A stretch of DNA of 64,000 nt, taken from a bacterium (GTDB taxonomy: Bacteria > Patescibacteriota > Dojkabacteria > B142 > OLB20). Under the pieces are notes generated by a model, which had not been told where the DNA came from, made no database searches, and saw only the letters and a program-made list of their open reading frames with translations. The stretch is from assembly GCA_021463645.1 (NCBI GenBank), contig JAJTYI010000009.1, positions 29,343 through 93,342 of the forward strand, read 5' to 3'. The position numbers and the translations under genes are program-made. Positions 54,139 to 64,000 of the stretch are shown here, piece after piece. Each line of letters begins with the position of its first letter. The first letter of the stretch is position 1.

Positions 54139-55152
54139 TTAGATCCCGATATAGTCTTCGACTTTATAAAAAATAGGCTTTTTAAGTATTTCATAAATCG
54201 ATTTATTATCAGATTCTGTGTTTATTGACCCTACCTCGGGAACATCAATTAAAATTTTTTCTTCTACGATATCTTCTTCATCCCCTGAGATTTGATGCTT
54301 ATCATTTTCCGAGACAACTTGATCTTTAGTTACTTTTCCGTATTTGTATGAATCTATTAATTTATTTTGTGGATCATATAAATTGATTGTATCTCCATCA
54401 TTGTTTAAAGATATTGTGGTTGGAAATATTCTAGTTTTTGCATTTGAATTGAGTATTAGCTCTGGAATCTTAAATGATTTGTTACTTTCGTCTTTGATTA
54501 TCCAACCATTTAAATTTATCTCTGAACCAGAAGTGTTCGATATCTCCACCCATTCAGAACCCTGAGAAGGATAAGGAGAAAGTGCGGATATGATAAGGTC
54601 GCGGTAATTGTATGTTGTGAAATATATTACAGTGGGCAAAGGTGTGACAGTTGGGTTTTGGACTACATCACAAGAAGTGTTTTCAAGACCCATAGTATGT
54701 GTATGGTTATTAATCGCGATGGTAGAACAAGCACCAGTTAATAACTCGAAACTTTTTCCTTCGATTGATTGTACATAACTGAACTTGTGCTCGATAGAGG
54801 TATCATTTTCAAGCAGAACCAATGTTGCTCCTGAGTTTACTAAATTAAATGAAAAATCCACCATTTTGTTTGATAATTCAAAAGAACTTTTGTCTCTTGT
54901 GAGTATGATAAATTCGTTTGAATTTATCTCTAAATCAGGTAAAGCAACTCCGTTGAATTTCCATTGATTTAAATTGACCGACTCTGAAGATGTATTCTTT
55001 ATTTCAATCCACTCATATTTTGAATCGTCGCCGACTGGATTTGGCATGACTTCATTTATAATCAATTTGGGTTTTTCTTCGGACGCAAAAGAATTGTTTG
55101 TCACCCAAAGTAATGTAGTGAAGATTATTATTACGTAGATTAAAATTTTCAT
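54139..55152 (-). CDS. Secreted protein with two lamin-tail (LTD) domains
   Basis: 337 aa with a signal-like N-terminus. 'LIINEVMPNPVGDDSKYEWIEIKNTSSESVNLNQWKF' and 'SPYPSQGSEWVEISNTSGSEINLNGWII'. Confidence 0.75.
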   Translation of the reverse strand: MKILIYVIIIFTTLLWVTNNSFASEEKPKLIINEVMPNPVGDDSKYEWIEIKNTSSESVNLNQWKFNGVALPDLEINSNEFIILTRDKSSFELSNKMVDFSFNLVNSGATLVLLENDTSIEHKFSYVQSIEGKSFELLTGACSTIAINNHTHTMGLENTSCDVVQNPTVTPLPTVIYFTTYNYRDLIISALSPYPSQGSEWVEISNTSGSEINLNGWIIKDESNKSFKIPELILNSNAKTRIFPTTISLNNDGDTINLYDPQNKLIDSYKYGKVTKDQVVSENDKHQISGDEEDIVEEKILIDVPEVGSINTESDNKSIYEILKKPIFYKVEDYIGI

Positions 55153-55209
55153 GATTAGTAACTCTATGTGCAGAGTGTATTAAATTATTATGGGGAAATC
55201 CTGAATAAA

Positions 55210-56544
55210 TTAGTTTTTACAGCTTCGGGCTGATCCGTTGGGTTCTGATGTACAGGCTAAATGATAATAGAGAGTTCTCAATCCGCTACCACAACCATTA
55301 ACTGCACATACTTTTGCCCAAATTGCCGGTCCATTATTGCAAACTGCCCATGAGGGACATGCCTCGTAGCCAAAATAAACATAACCACTATGTGCTGCTA
55401 CAACTGCTCCACCTCCTGCTGCGATGTCAATGGCGTTATGAGTAGGTCTATATGATGTTCTAAATCCACTTGTCATAACACCTTTAGGTGCTATTGGCAA
55501 TTGTATTGAACCGTTACCCCCACAGGATGCACCATTTACAGGATCCACATAGGAACCAGCAGGAAGAGAATTACAAGGGTTAGTAATAACGCCATTATTA
55601 TACGTCATGAAATGAAGATGTCTACCAGCTGGACTTGATGGAATTACATATCCAGTCCAACCTTCGTAACCTAGAAAATCCCCAGCTTTAACTGGGAAAC
55701 CATTCGCAAGCTCACCTCTCGCAATAATTTGTGCAATTATTTGATTATACTTAACATCTAATTCTTTTTCTTCTTCGGTCAATTGGTTAATAGTGTTAGA
55801 GTTACTTTCAACTTTTGCGATACTTTGTTGTCTTTTCGAGCTATAAATACTCCTCGTAGAATTCAAATCAGCCTCATCACGTTCAAGGGCTAATAACTCT
55901 TCTTTTAATTGTACTTCGTCTCTAAGTACTTTAATCTTATCCTCTTCCAGAGTTACTTTTTTGCCTTCAAGAATAACTCTTTTATCCTTCAGGCTAGCGA
56001 CAAGTGAATTCGTAGTATCTTGGATGGTATTATGATAAAGATTGTATTTTATAACATCTGATTGACCTTTTGGGGTAACAATCATGTTTAGTTCGGAGAA
56101 TGTTTTTTGTGATAGGTACATATCTACAAGTCGGGTATTTGTCTCATTTTCAAGATCATATAATTCTGTTTCGGCCGTGTTGATTTCTGCTTCAGTTTCT
56201 TCTAATTTATTTGAGAGTAATTCAATTTCTAATTCCAATTCCTTTATAACAAGTCGTTTTTCATCAATCTTATTTGAGAGAAGATCTATTTTGTTTTTTA
56301 AATTTACAAGTTCTTGTTCGTATGTGTTTTGGAGGGTCTTTTCTTTATTAATATCTTGTTCAAGATTTTGCTTCGTGTTCCGGATTTGTTCTAATTCTTT
56401 CTTGACTTGCTCAAGTTCTTCTTCGAGAGAAAGAGCATCAACTACTATGGGAATATTTACACTTAAGAAAGAAAAAGTAAAAATAATTATGGAGAATAAT
56501 TTTAGAAGAGTGACGAATTTTGACTTAATTGGCAGTAATCTCAT
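55210..56544 (-). CDS. EnvC-like coiled-coil protein with an M23/LytM-type metallopeptidase region (motif order permuted) and a Cys-rich tail
   Basis: 444 aa. N-terminal TM or signal and about 270 aa of coiled coil. Then 'VKAGDFLGYEGWTGY...GRHLHF', followed by 'PTHNAIDIAAGGGAVVAAHSG' and 'LYYHL'. Eight Cys in the last ~130 aa. Confidence 0.8.
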   Translation of the reverse strand: MRLLPIKSKFVTLLKLFSIIIFTFSFLSVNIPIVVDALSLEEELEQVKKELEQIRNTKQNLEQDINKEKTLQNTYEQELVNLKNKIDLLSNKIDEKRLVIKELELEIELLSNKLEETEAEINTAETELYDLENETNTRLVDMYLSQKTFSELNMIVTPKGQSDVIKYNLYHNTIQDTTNSLVASLKDKRVILEGKKVTLEEDKIKVLRDEVQLKEELLALERDEADLNSTRSIYSSKRQQSIAKVESNSNTINQLTEEEKELDVKYNQIIAQIIARGELANGFPVKAGDFLGYEGWTGYVIPSSPAGRHLHFMTYNNGVITNPCNSLPAGSYVDPVNGASCGGNGSIQLPIAPKGVMTSGFRTSYRPTHNAIDIAAGGGAVVAAHSGYVYFGYEACPSWAVCNNGPAIWAKVCAVNGCGSGLRTLYYHLACTSEPNGSARSCKN

Positions 56545-56568
56545 GATACAAACCAGTATAACATATAC

Positions 56569-57489
56569 TTAATTTATGTATCTACGTATCGCAACTATAC
56601 TGTTGAATGCACCTATCAGAGCTCCCAAAACAGCTACTGCTAGTACACCTAATACTACATCAAGTAAATTTATACTAGGCCATTTTAATCCACCAAGTAA
56701 ATTGTAGACAAATGTCACAGCATTACTGTTTCGTTCAACTACCAAAACATAATAACCAATAAGTGAGAGTGTGAGAGTAGAAATCAGAGCTCCGACTAAA
56801 CCATAAATCATACCTTCAATAATGAAGGGTAGACGAATAAACCAAAGACTCCCACCAACTAATTGCATGATTCCAATCTCCTCTGAACGTATAAATGTTC
56901 TGAATTCTACTGTTAAGAGTGTAAAGAAGAAAATTACGAGTAAAAGTAATCCCATGAGTATTCCACCTCCAAGCCTAATCCAGTAAAAAAGAGTTCTAAT
57001 AGTATCGATAGTTTCTTTACTAAACCGAATGGCAAATATGTTTTCGTTGGTTTCTTGCTCCTCTGTTACAAGATTGATTATATTTTCAGCATCAGAAATC
57101 GAATAAAGTCTAATTCCAAGGCTAGCGGGGAGGACATCAGATCTGATAGTTTCTGCAATATCAGGATTTACTCTTTCCTGCACATCTTTGAATTCCTCTA
57201 GTGCTTGGCTTTCCGTAGTGTATTCAATAGTTGCTACTTCAGGTAAATTTTGCCATTCATTTTGCTTTTTAATAATTTCTTCCTCTGAAGTTCCAGATTT
57301 GAAGAAAACATATATATGTGGCTTATTTTCGATTGAATTTAGAAAGAGGTTAGAAGTAAATGCGATTATTGTAAAAATAGAAGAAATGAAAAATGCCAAT
57401 GTCATAACGAAGACCGACGCAATGGCAAGCCAACCACTTCTCTTGATCTGTTTAGTCGTGTTTTTAAAAGCTCGTTTAAATGATGACAT
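56569..57489 (-). CDS. ftsX: Cell-division ABC permease-like protein FtsX
   Basis: 306 aa. FtsX topology (TM1, extracytoplasmic loop, 3 TM). Directly abuts ftsE. Confidence 0.85.
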   Translation of the reverse strand: MSSFKRAFKNTTKQIKRSGWLAIASVFVMTLAFFISSIFTIIAFTSNLFLNSIENKPHIYVFFKSGTSEEEIIKKQNEWQNLPEVATIEYTTESQALEEFKDVQERVNPDIAETIRSDVLPASLGIRLYSISDAENIINLVTEEQETNENIFAIRFSKETIDTIRTLFYWIRLGGGILMGLLLLVIFFFTLLTVEFRTFIRSEEIGIMQLVGGSLWFIRLPFIIEGMIYGLVGALISTLTLSLIGYYVLVVERNSNAVTFVYNLLGGLKWPSINLLDVVLGVLAVAVLGALIGAFNSIVAIRRYIN

Positions 57490-58545
57490 TTATAAATTAT
57501 TAACAAATGTAGTAATTACTTTTGCGATACGTTTGATTTCACTGTCATTCAGACCTTTAATTTCACTGATTTTCCCAATTCCGCTCTCCATAATATCTGC
57601 TAATGTCTCGTAACCTTCGGTAAGTAGAATTTTCTTAACTTTTGCACTAAATTTAATCTCCGAAATATCAATCTTTTTTGCCTTCGCAAGAAGCTCTTTT
57701 TCATCTAAATCGTTTTTCTTATCTTTCTTTTTCTTTGGAGTAGGTTTCTTTACCTCAATCTCAGGTTCAACCTTATCAACAAGAACTTCTTTTTCTAGAG
57801 GAACTTCAACTTTGACTGCCTCATCTGAGTCTTTTTGTAGAATTTTAATTGAAAACTCGTCCAAATCTTCAAAATAGTTCCCTTTTTTGTCATCTCGAAT
57901 AATTTTGCCATTTTCTAACTTTAAGACTCTCTTATGAAGGGTATTTACAAAGTCAGATTCGTGTGTCGACATAATTACTGTAGTTCCCCAACTATTGATT
58001 TTGGATAAAATTTGTAATATATCCCAAGCGGAATCTGGATCCAAGTTTCCTGTTGGTTCATCCGCAATCAAGAGTTTGGGATTGTTAGCCATAGCTCGTG
58101 CGATAGCAACACGCTGTTTTTCACCTCCCGACAATTGATATGGGAATGACTTAAAACGATTTTCCAAGCCAACGATTTCTAGTAAATAAGGGACTTTATC
58201 CTGGATCTCTTTGTCATTACGACCTGCAGCTTCCATAGCAAATGCAATATTTTCATACGCAGTTAGCTCTGGTATTAATTTAAAATCTTGGAAAATAACT
58301 CCGACTTTTCGTCGGAGGTTGTAAATATGTTTTCTTTTTAGATTGGTGACTTCAGCATCTTCAAAATAAATCTTACCTGAAGTGGGTTTTTCTTCCCTAA
58401 TGAGTAATCTGATGACTGTAGTCTTACCAGATCCCGATGAACCTACAAGAAAAAGGAATTCACCTTCATCAATTTGAAATGTTATATCATCAATAGCAAT
58501 GATGTCTCCATCGTATTTTTTTGATACATTAAGGTATTGAATCAT
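57490..58545 (-). CDS. ftsE: Cell-division ATP-binding protein FtsE with a ~125-aa C-terminal extension ending in a helix-hairpin-helix-like module
   Basis: 351 aa. 'GSSGSGKTT', 'LSGGEKQRVAIARA', 'LLIADEPTGNLD'. The tail 'FSAKVKKILLTEGYETLADIMESGIGKISEIKGLNDSEIKRIAKVI' resembles the RpoA alpha-CTD HhH pattern. Confidence 0.9.
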   Translation of the reverse strand: MIQYLNVSKKYDGDIIAIDDITFQIDEGEFLFLVGSSGSGKTTVIRLLIREEKPTSGKIYFEDAEVTNLKRKHIYNLRRKVGVIFQDFKLIPELTAYENIAFAMEAAGRNDKEIQDKVPYLLEIVGLENRFKSFPYQLSGGEKQRVAIARAMANNPKLLIADEPTGNLDPDSAWDILQILSKINSWGTTVIMSTHESDFVNTLHKRVLKLENGKIIRDDKKGNYFEDLDEFSIKILQKDSDEAVKVEVPLEKEVLVDKVEPEIEVKKPTPKKKKDKKNDLDEKELLAKAKKIDISEIKFSAKVKKILLTEGYETLADIMESGIGKISEIKGLNDSEIKRIAKVITTFVNNL

Positions 58546-58695
58546 TTCAAAAACAGGTTATAAGAATATAGTTTATTTTAAATGAAATCTTTATACAACT
58601 ATACAGTCTATAACAGTTTATGTCGTATAAACAAGTTGAATTCTTATTAACATTGTAAATTTATTCTGATAATATTAGATAATTATCAAATATAA

Positions 58696-59037
58696 ATGAC
58701 CAATTCCAACTCAGACAATCTTGAAAACCACACAGAAGAAACCAAGTTGCTATTCAAACATTTACTACTTTTTCTAGTTATAAATTTCGGAATGAAATTT
58801 TGGAACATGGCGATGTTTCCTGAATTTTCTTGGTCAAGTATAATTATTTTCATTTGGACTATAATTTTAGGTCTTCATTTGTTATTATTCTTTCTATCTA
58901 CAGGTGTTTTTGGGCAAGAATTTGAAAATGTACCCGTAAAAGTAATTGCAAATCAATTACTTGATATGATTAAAGAACGAAATACCAACTTCAGGAAAAA
59001 CATATCTAAACAAAAACCAGTACAGCCAAACCCTTGA
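58696..59037 (+). CDS. Small 2TM-domain membrane protein
   Basis: 113 aa with two hydrophobic helices ('LLFKHLLLFLVINFGM', 'SSIIIFIWTIILGLHLLLFF'). Confidence 0.5.
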   Translation: MTNSNSDNLENHTEETKLLFKHLLLFLVINFGMKFWNMAMFPEFSWSSIIIFIWTIILGLHLLLFFLSTGVFGQEFENVPVKVIANQLLDMIKERNTNFRKNISKQKPVQPNP

Positions 59038-59079
59038 TTCACCGTCGATAATATTTAGCCAAATTTTTAAGATTTAAGA

Positions 59080-60459
59080 ATGCAAAAGAATTCTGTATGG
59101 GAAAATAAGAAATTAGAAGAGAAGCATCTCCCTCGTATTAAAAATGTTAAAGAGCTAAGGGATTCTATACAAATTAATGAAATCGGGAAGAAAATTGGTG
59201 AGGAAGTGTCAATCAATGGTTGGGTAAAGAGTCTACGCTCATCTGGAAAAATTTCTTTTATACAATTTAGAGATGGTAGGGGAGATATTCAGGTGGTTGC
59301 AGAGGAGAAAAATCTTACACCCGAAATGTGGAATCAAGTTTCAGAACTGACACAAGAATCTTCAATACAAATTACTGGTATCGTAAAGGAAGATAAAAGA
59401 TCCGATTCAGGATTCGAGATTTCAATGACTGATTTGAGAGTAATTCAAATCTCTCCAGAATTCCCAATATCTAATAAAGAGCACGGTCCTGATTTCCTAC
59501 TTGATAATAGACATTTATGGCTCAGATCGAACAAACAACGTGCAATTTTACTGGTACGTGACGAAATATTCTTCTCAATTACATCATTTCTCAGAGAACA
59601 AGGCTTTATAAGGATTGATACCCCAATTTTTCAACCAGTGTCATGTGAAGATACATCCGAACTTTTCCAAGTTGATTATTTTGGAGAAAAAACATATCTA
59701 ACTCAATCTGGTCAACTTTACTGCGAATCCGCTGAAATCGCTCTAGGAAGAACCTACGATTTTGGACCAGTTTTTAGAGCAGAAAAGTCCAAAACCAGAA
59801 AACATTTAATTGAATTCTGGATGATGGATGCAGAATTACCGTTTACTGATTTGAAAGGATTGATGGACTTTGAAGAAAAGATGCTGAAGAGAATTATTTC
59901 CGACTGTCTAAAAAATTGCAAAAAAGAATTACAATTATTAGAGAGAGACACAGAAGCACTTGCAAGATATGTTAATAATGATTTCGTTAGGTTGACCCAC
60001 AAAGACACAATCGAATTACTCAACAAAAAATATAACCAAAGTCTGACTTATCTTGATGACATAGGTGCCCCTGAAGAAGCAAATTTATCTAAAGAGTTTG
60101 ATATGCCAGTCTTTATTACTGATTGGCCAGCTGAAATTAAGGCATTTTATATGCCTCGATATAAGGATGGTGATATGGAACGTGTCAGGGCAGTAGACTT
60201 AGTCGCTCCAGAGGGTTTTGGTGAACTGATGGGTGGTTCCGAGAGGATATTTGACTATAATGAGATGATTACTATCCTAGAAAAATTAAATTACAGATAC
60301 GAAGACTACGAATGGTATCTTGATTTAAGAAAATACGGAACTATTCCACATAGTGGATTTGGTATAGGACTTGAGCGAACCATAAGATTCATCACGGGAA
60401 TTCAGCACATCAGAGAAACCATACCATTCCCAAGAATGTTGAATAGGTTATATCCCTAA
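59080..60459 (+). CDS. asnS: Class IIb aminoacyl-tRNA synthetase, most likely asparagine--tRNA ligase
   Basis: 459 aa. OB-fold N-terminus, 'FRAEKSKTRKHLIEFWMMDAE' (the EFWM pattern favours AsnRS), 'GFGIGLERT', 'FPR'. An archaeal-type AspRS is not excluded. Confidence 0.65.
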   Translation: MQKNSVWENKKLEEKHLPRIKNVKELRDSIQINEIGKKIGEEVSINGWVKSLRSSGKISFIQFRDGRGDIQVVAEEKNLTPEMWNQVSELTQESSIQITGIVKEDKRSDSGFEISMTDLRVIQISPEFPISNKEHGPDFLLDNRHLWLRSNKQRAILLVRDEIFFSITSFLREQGFIRIDTPIFQPVSCEDTSELFQVDYFGEKTYLTQSGQLYCESAEIALGRTYDFGPVFRAEKSKTRKHLIEFWMMDAELPFTDLKGLMDFEEKMLKRIISDCLKNCKKELQLLERDTEALARYVNNDFVRLTHKDTIELLNKKYNQSLTYLDDIGAPEEANLSKEFDMPVFITDWPAEIKAFYMPRYKDGDMERVRAVDLVAPEGFGELMGGSERIFDYNEMITILEKLNYRYEDYEWYLDLRKYGTIPHSGFGIGLERTIRFITGIQHIRETIPFPRMLNRLYP

Positions 60460-60461
60460 GA

Positions 60462-61652
60462 CTATCTCTTGATTTCGAGTGACATTGTCCCACCTTCCTC
60501 ATCAGCATTGAGTTTGAAATCACGTGCACCGTCTAGCGTAAAGACGTATTTGGAAGTGCCATCTGAGTTAGATATGTCTACTTTTTGTACGTGTACCACA
60601 CCTGTTGCTGACAAATCTGTGCTTCCACTTCCTCCATTACCAACGACCCCATCAAGCGCCAAGTTGGACACTTCTAAGGTCAAGATGTTGCCTTCGAGAG
60701 ATGCCACCGCATTCGGAATACCATCTGAAAGAATCAAGTTATAGGTGAATCTATCCGAGGAGTCAAAATAATTATACTTTGTAATTTTTACGCTTTTATC
60801 AGTGACTGATGAAACAATTTTCTGTTCGTTTTGGCTGTATTCATTACTATAATTCTCAGCTCCTGCAGGTAGTGGAGTAGGAGATACCCCTGATGTCGGG
60901 GTTGGAGTTGACTGTGTCGTAGGTACAACCTCATCCTCGATAGGATTTAAAACGTCTAGAATTACTAATTTTTTTTCATCCTCTACTTTCGAATACAAAG
61001 CGAATGACTTCTTTTCGAGTAAATCTATTAAATACATATCAACTTTTTCACTATACTCAGTCCTGGTTAAAGATAAAACAGATCCGAGGTTGAGTGTTAC
61101 TGTTTCATCTACTTCGAGAGAGGAACTGTTAAGAGAGATGTTCTCAAAAGTCAGAATGATATCATCTAACATTTCAGCTGTAACCTGAGGAAAATCTGAA
61201 ACTGATCCCCCTGACAATTCAAAAACAAAACTGATATACGATTTATGTGGTTGTACTTTTACATTTTGGATAATAAATGCATCTTCAGTCGAAGTAGATT
61301 GAATTTGTTTAGAATTTTGATTCCAATATGTAGTATTTGTAAATGGTTCGATAGGATCATCATCTAATACCGTTGTCGATACAATATTTGGTGAAACCTC
61401 AGCCGAAGTTGGTGTAAGTGTAGGCTCTAGAGTTTCTTCAGGGCTATCTGTAAGATATGTTTTCAAACCTAAATATGTAATTAGGGCTAGCACAATCACA
61501 ACCAAAAACCAAACAACAGATTTCATTGGTGAAGCATTGGTCTCTGGTGCTACATCAGGGTCTGATACTAGCCTTGTTCTTTCAAGTGAACTCTCTTTGG
61601 GAACTCTTCCACTTCGCCTAGCACGAAGAGTCGGGACAGATTTTGAGGGCAT
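60462..61652 (-). CDS. Bitopic membrane protein with two beta-rich extracytoplasmic domains joined by a P/T linker; unknown function
   Basis: 396 aa. Basic N-terminus, one TM (VVWFLVVIVLALITYLGL), and a 'PTTQSTPTPTSGVSPTPLP' linker. No motif recognised. Confidence 0.5.
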   Translation of the reverse strand: MPSKSVPTLRARRSGRVPKESSLERTRLVSDPDVAPETNASPMKSVVWFLVVIVLALITYLGLKTYLTDSPEETLEPTLTPTSAEVSPNIVSTTVLDDDPIEPFTNTTYWNQNSKQIQSTSTEDAFIIQNVKVQPHKSYISFVFELSGGSVSDFPQVTAEMLDDIILTFENISLNSSSLEVDETVTLNLGSVLSLTRTEYSEKVDMYLIDLLEKKSFALYSKVEDEKKLVILDVLNPIEDEVVPTTQSTPTPTSGVSPTPLPAGAENYSNEYSQNEQKIVSSVTDKSVKITKYNYFDSSDRFTYNLILSDGIPNAVASLEGNILTLEVSNLALDGVVGNGGSGSTDLSATGVVHVQKVDISNSDGTSKYVFTLDGARDFKLNADEEGGTMSLEIKR

Positions 61653-61750
61653 TTTAATAATAGTAAAAGCTTATACAATTAGTATAGGTAAAAAGACTTT
61701 AGAGAGCAAGTCATTGTGTGATATAGTTATAGATGGTTTTTGAATAACTT

Positions 61751-64000
61751 GTGGAAAATCTAATAATTAGAGGTGCGAGAGTTCACAACCTTAAAAACGT
61801 CTCTCTTACACTTCCCAAAAACAAACTCATAGTATTTACTGGACTTTCGGGATCAGGTAAATCTTCTTTGGCTTTCGACACTATATACGCCGAAGGACAA
61901 AGACGCTATGTTGAATCACTTTCAAGTTACGCACGTCAGTTCCTAGGTATGATGGATAAAGCTGACGTAGACTCTATAGAAGGTTTATCACCTGCTATCT
62001 CAATAGATCAAAAAGGTAGCGGTCATAACCCCCGTTCCACAGTTGGCACAATCACAGAGATTTACGATTATTTGAGATTGCTATTTGCAAGAGCAGGACA
62101 TCCTCATTCTCCAAAATCTGGGAATAGATTAATTTCACAAACGGTTCAACAAATCGTAGACAGAATTTTAAACTTTCCAACTGAATTCTCAAGTGAAAAT
62201 TTAAAGATTCTTATACTAGCTCCAATTGTTAAGGCACGTAAAGGTACTTATGAAGAATTATTTCAAAGACTACTTAATCAAGGATATCTAAGAGTTAGAG
62301 TTGATGGAGAAATTTTTAATCTTGAAGAAGATATTAAACTTGATAGATATAAGATTCATAATATAGAGCTAGTTGTTGACAGACTTGTAGTAAAAACCGA
62401 CTCCAAAAGTGATAACGAATTCATGAAAAGATTAACAGATTCTGTGGAATTGGCGTTGAATATGGGAAATAGAGAAATTTATGTAAACCTAGTTGATCAA
62501 AAAAACGATATATTCTTCAGTGAAAAATTAGTTGATCCAGATACTGGAGAATCGTTTCCTGAAGTTGAACCTCACACATTTTCGTTTAATTCTCCTTTTG
62601 GAGCGTGCCCTGGATGTAACGGTCTTGGAACAATTTTCGAGATAGACCCTGGTTTAGTTTACAATCCACGACTTACAATCGCCGAAGGTGGTTTATTCCC
62701 CTGGTCAAGAATGAGCGACAACATGAACTCATGGAATATGAAAGTATTACAAAGTGTTGCCGAAGACGAAGGATTTTCATTGAGAACCGAACTTGGCAAG
62801 TTAGATGAACAATCTTTAAATAAAGTTCTTTACGGAACTAAAGAAAAAAAGCACACGGTTCATTATTATAGTAAATCCAGACAAACCAATCACACTTTAC
62901 AAGCCAAATTCGAAGGACTTATTCCTTCGTTGCAAAGAAGATACTCTCAAACAGACTCAGATTATATTAGAAAAGAAATTGAACAATATATGCTTGAAAC
63001 ACCATGTTCTCAGTGTGAAGGCAAGCGACTAAACAACACAGCTCTTAGTGTAACCATCCTAAGTAGTAATATTCATCAAGTAACTTCATTACCTTTAAAA
63101 GACTTTTTAAATTGGATTAACAAACTCAAGAAAAGCAGTGAAAGTGATAATCAAGATGCTCTAACAAAACAAGAAAAGTTAATAGCAAATCAAGTTATAA
63201 AAGAAATCGAAACAAGAGCAAATTTCCTAATTTCAGTAGGACTCGATTATTTAACTCTAAATCGTAGCTCAAAAACACTCTCTGGAGGTGAATCTCAAAG
63301 AATCCGACTAGCTTCTCAAATCGGTACAGGATTAAGTGGCGTTCTTTACGTCTTGGATGAACCATCTATCGGATTACACCAAAGAGATAATGAAAAACTT
63401 ATCTCAACACTTCGGAATCTTAAAAAACTTGGCAATACTATAATTGTTGTAGAACATGACGAGGATACCATGCTAGCAGCTGATCACCTTGTAGATATTG
63501 GACCTGGTGCTGGAGAGCATGGAGGTGAAATCATATACACAGGAGAACCATCAGGGATTTTAAAAGATGAAAGTTCATTAACAGGAAAATACCTTTCCCA
63601 TAAATTAACAATAGATAGGAAAGAGATAATTCAAAGCGCTAAACAACTTATCAACGTGAAAATTGAAAACGTAGATAAATCAAATACTGACAAAGCCATT
63701 ACCCTTGAAGGTGCAAGTCACAACAATTTAAAAAATGTTAGTGTAAATATTCCCTTGGGAAAATTTGTCGCAATCACAGGTGTATCAGGGAGTGGCAAAT
63801 CATCCTTGATTAATGAAACACTCGTAAAAGCAATACGCCAAGATTTGTATAAATCGAAGGATCAACCAGGACCATATAGTAGCATTGAAGGAATTGAAAA
63901 CATTGATAAAATCATTGATATTGACCAATCTCCGATTGGTAGGACACCCAGATCTAATCCTGCTACCTACACAGGAGTCTTCACTCACATTCGCGAACTG
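61751..64000 (+). CDS. uvrA: Excinuclease ABC subunit A (3'-partial, runs off the window)
   Basis: Not in the ORF track. My translation from GTG 61751 (in-frame TAA at 61745-61747 upstream) reads '[66 protein letters not shown]'. A second P-loop '[14 protein letters not shown]' lies near 63781. The frame stays open to 64000. Confidence 0.9.
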   Translation, partial: MENLIIRGARVHNLKNVSLTLPKNKLIVFTGLSGSGKSSLAFDTIYAEGQRRYVESLSSYARQFLGMMDKADVDSIEGLSPAISIDQKGSGHNPRSTVGTITEIYDYLRLLFARAGHPHSPKSGNRLISQTVQQIVDRILNFPTEFSSENLKILILAPIVKARKGTYEELFQRLLNQGYLRVRVDGEIFNLEEDIKLDRYKIHNIELVVDRLVVKTDSKSDNEFMKRLTDSVELALNMGNREIYVNLVDQKNDIFFSEKLVDPDTGESFPEVEPHTFSFNSPFGACPGCNGLGTIFEIDPGLVYNPRLTIAEGGLFPWSRMSDNMNSWNMKVLQSVAEDEGFSLRTELGKLDEQSLNKVLYGTKEKKHTVHYYSKSRQTNHTLQAKFEGLIPSLQRRYSQTDSDYIRKEIEQYMLETPCSQCEGKRLNNTALSVTILSSNIHQVTSLPLKDFLNWINKLKKSSESDNQDALTKQEKLIANQVIKEIETRANFLISVGLDYLTLNRSSKTLSGGESQRIRLASQIGTGLSGVLYVLDEPSIGLHQRDNEKLISTLRNLKKLGNTIIVVEHDEDTMLAADHLVDIGPGAGEHGGEIIYTGEPSGILKDESSLTGKYLSHKLTIDRKEIIQSAKQLINVKIENVDKSNTDKAITLEGASHNNLKNVSVNIPLGKFVAITGVSGSGKSSLINETLVKAIRQDLYKSKDQPGPYSSIEGIENIDKIIDIDQSPIGRTPRSNPATYTGVFTHIREL

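Noticed and set aside
56084-57613. 162-aa and 141-aa + strand ORFs
   Set aside because: They are antisense to the M23 coiled-coil region and to ftsX. Their Ser/Phe-rich low-complexity translation is typical of the reverse frame of K/E-rich coding sequence.

Overview
This is an AT-rich, very gene-dense bacterial window. I call 53 CDS on both strands, many of them overlapping by 1-30 nt. All family calls come from motif recognition by eye, with no database search.

Most of the content is housekeeping:
- Envelope and division: ftsW, murG, a second SEDS gene, a class A PBP, uppS, a VanY-type M15 peptidase, galU, and ftsE-ftsX with an M23 peptidase.
- Replication and repair: dnaE, uvrA (partial, GTG start, missing from the ORF track), uvrB, a UvrD-type helicase-nuclease, xseAB, and lexA-umuD-umuC.
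- Translation: rpsT, rplU, rpmA, prfB, pth, asnS, truB, tgt, rsmA.

I saw no rRNA, tRNA, CRISPR array, transposase or integrase. TGA is used as a stop codon and RF2 is present, so the code is standard. The streamlining, missing Shine-Dalgarno motifs, lamin-tail-domain protein and giant LamG/FN3 surface protein suggest a Patescibacteria/CPR-like organism. That placement is inference only.

The most unusual items are:
1. A GC-rich tandem structured element at 5078-5315. It has a perfect 52-nt core and hairpins that differ by compensatory changes. It sits at the only convergent gene junction here that is not collapsed to 10 nt or less.
2. A compositionally distinct block at about 6.6-19.2 kb. It holds an overlapping lexA-umuD-umuC operon whose UmuD-like protein lacks the catalytic Ser and the cleavage site. 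It also holds a MacB/FtsX-type ABC transporter operonic with a 2560-aa membrane-anchored protein.
3. An ftsE-ftsX-M23-LTD operon. FtsE carries a helix-hairpin-helix tail, and the M23 motifs appear circularly permuted.
4. An acylphosphatase-like::UppS fusion, and a pseudo-receiver gene coupled to the helicase-nuclease.

I cannot show that any of these is a new system. Each needs the searches listed under findings.
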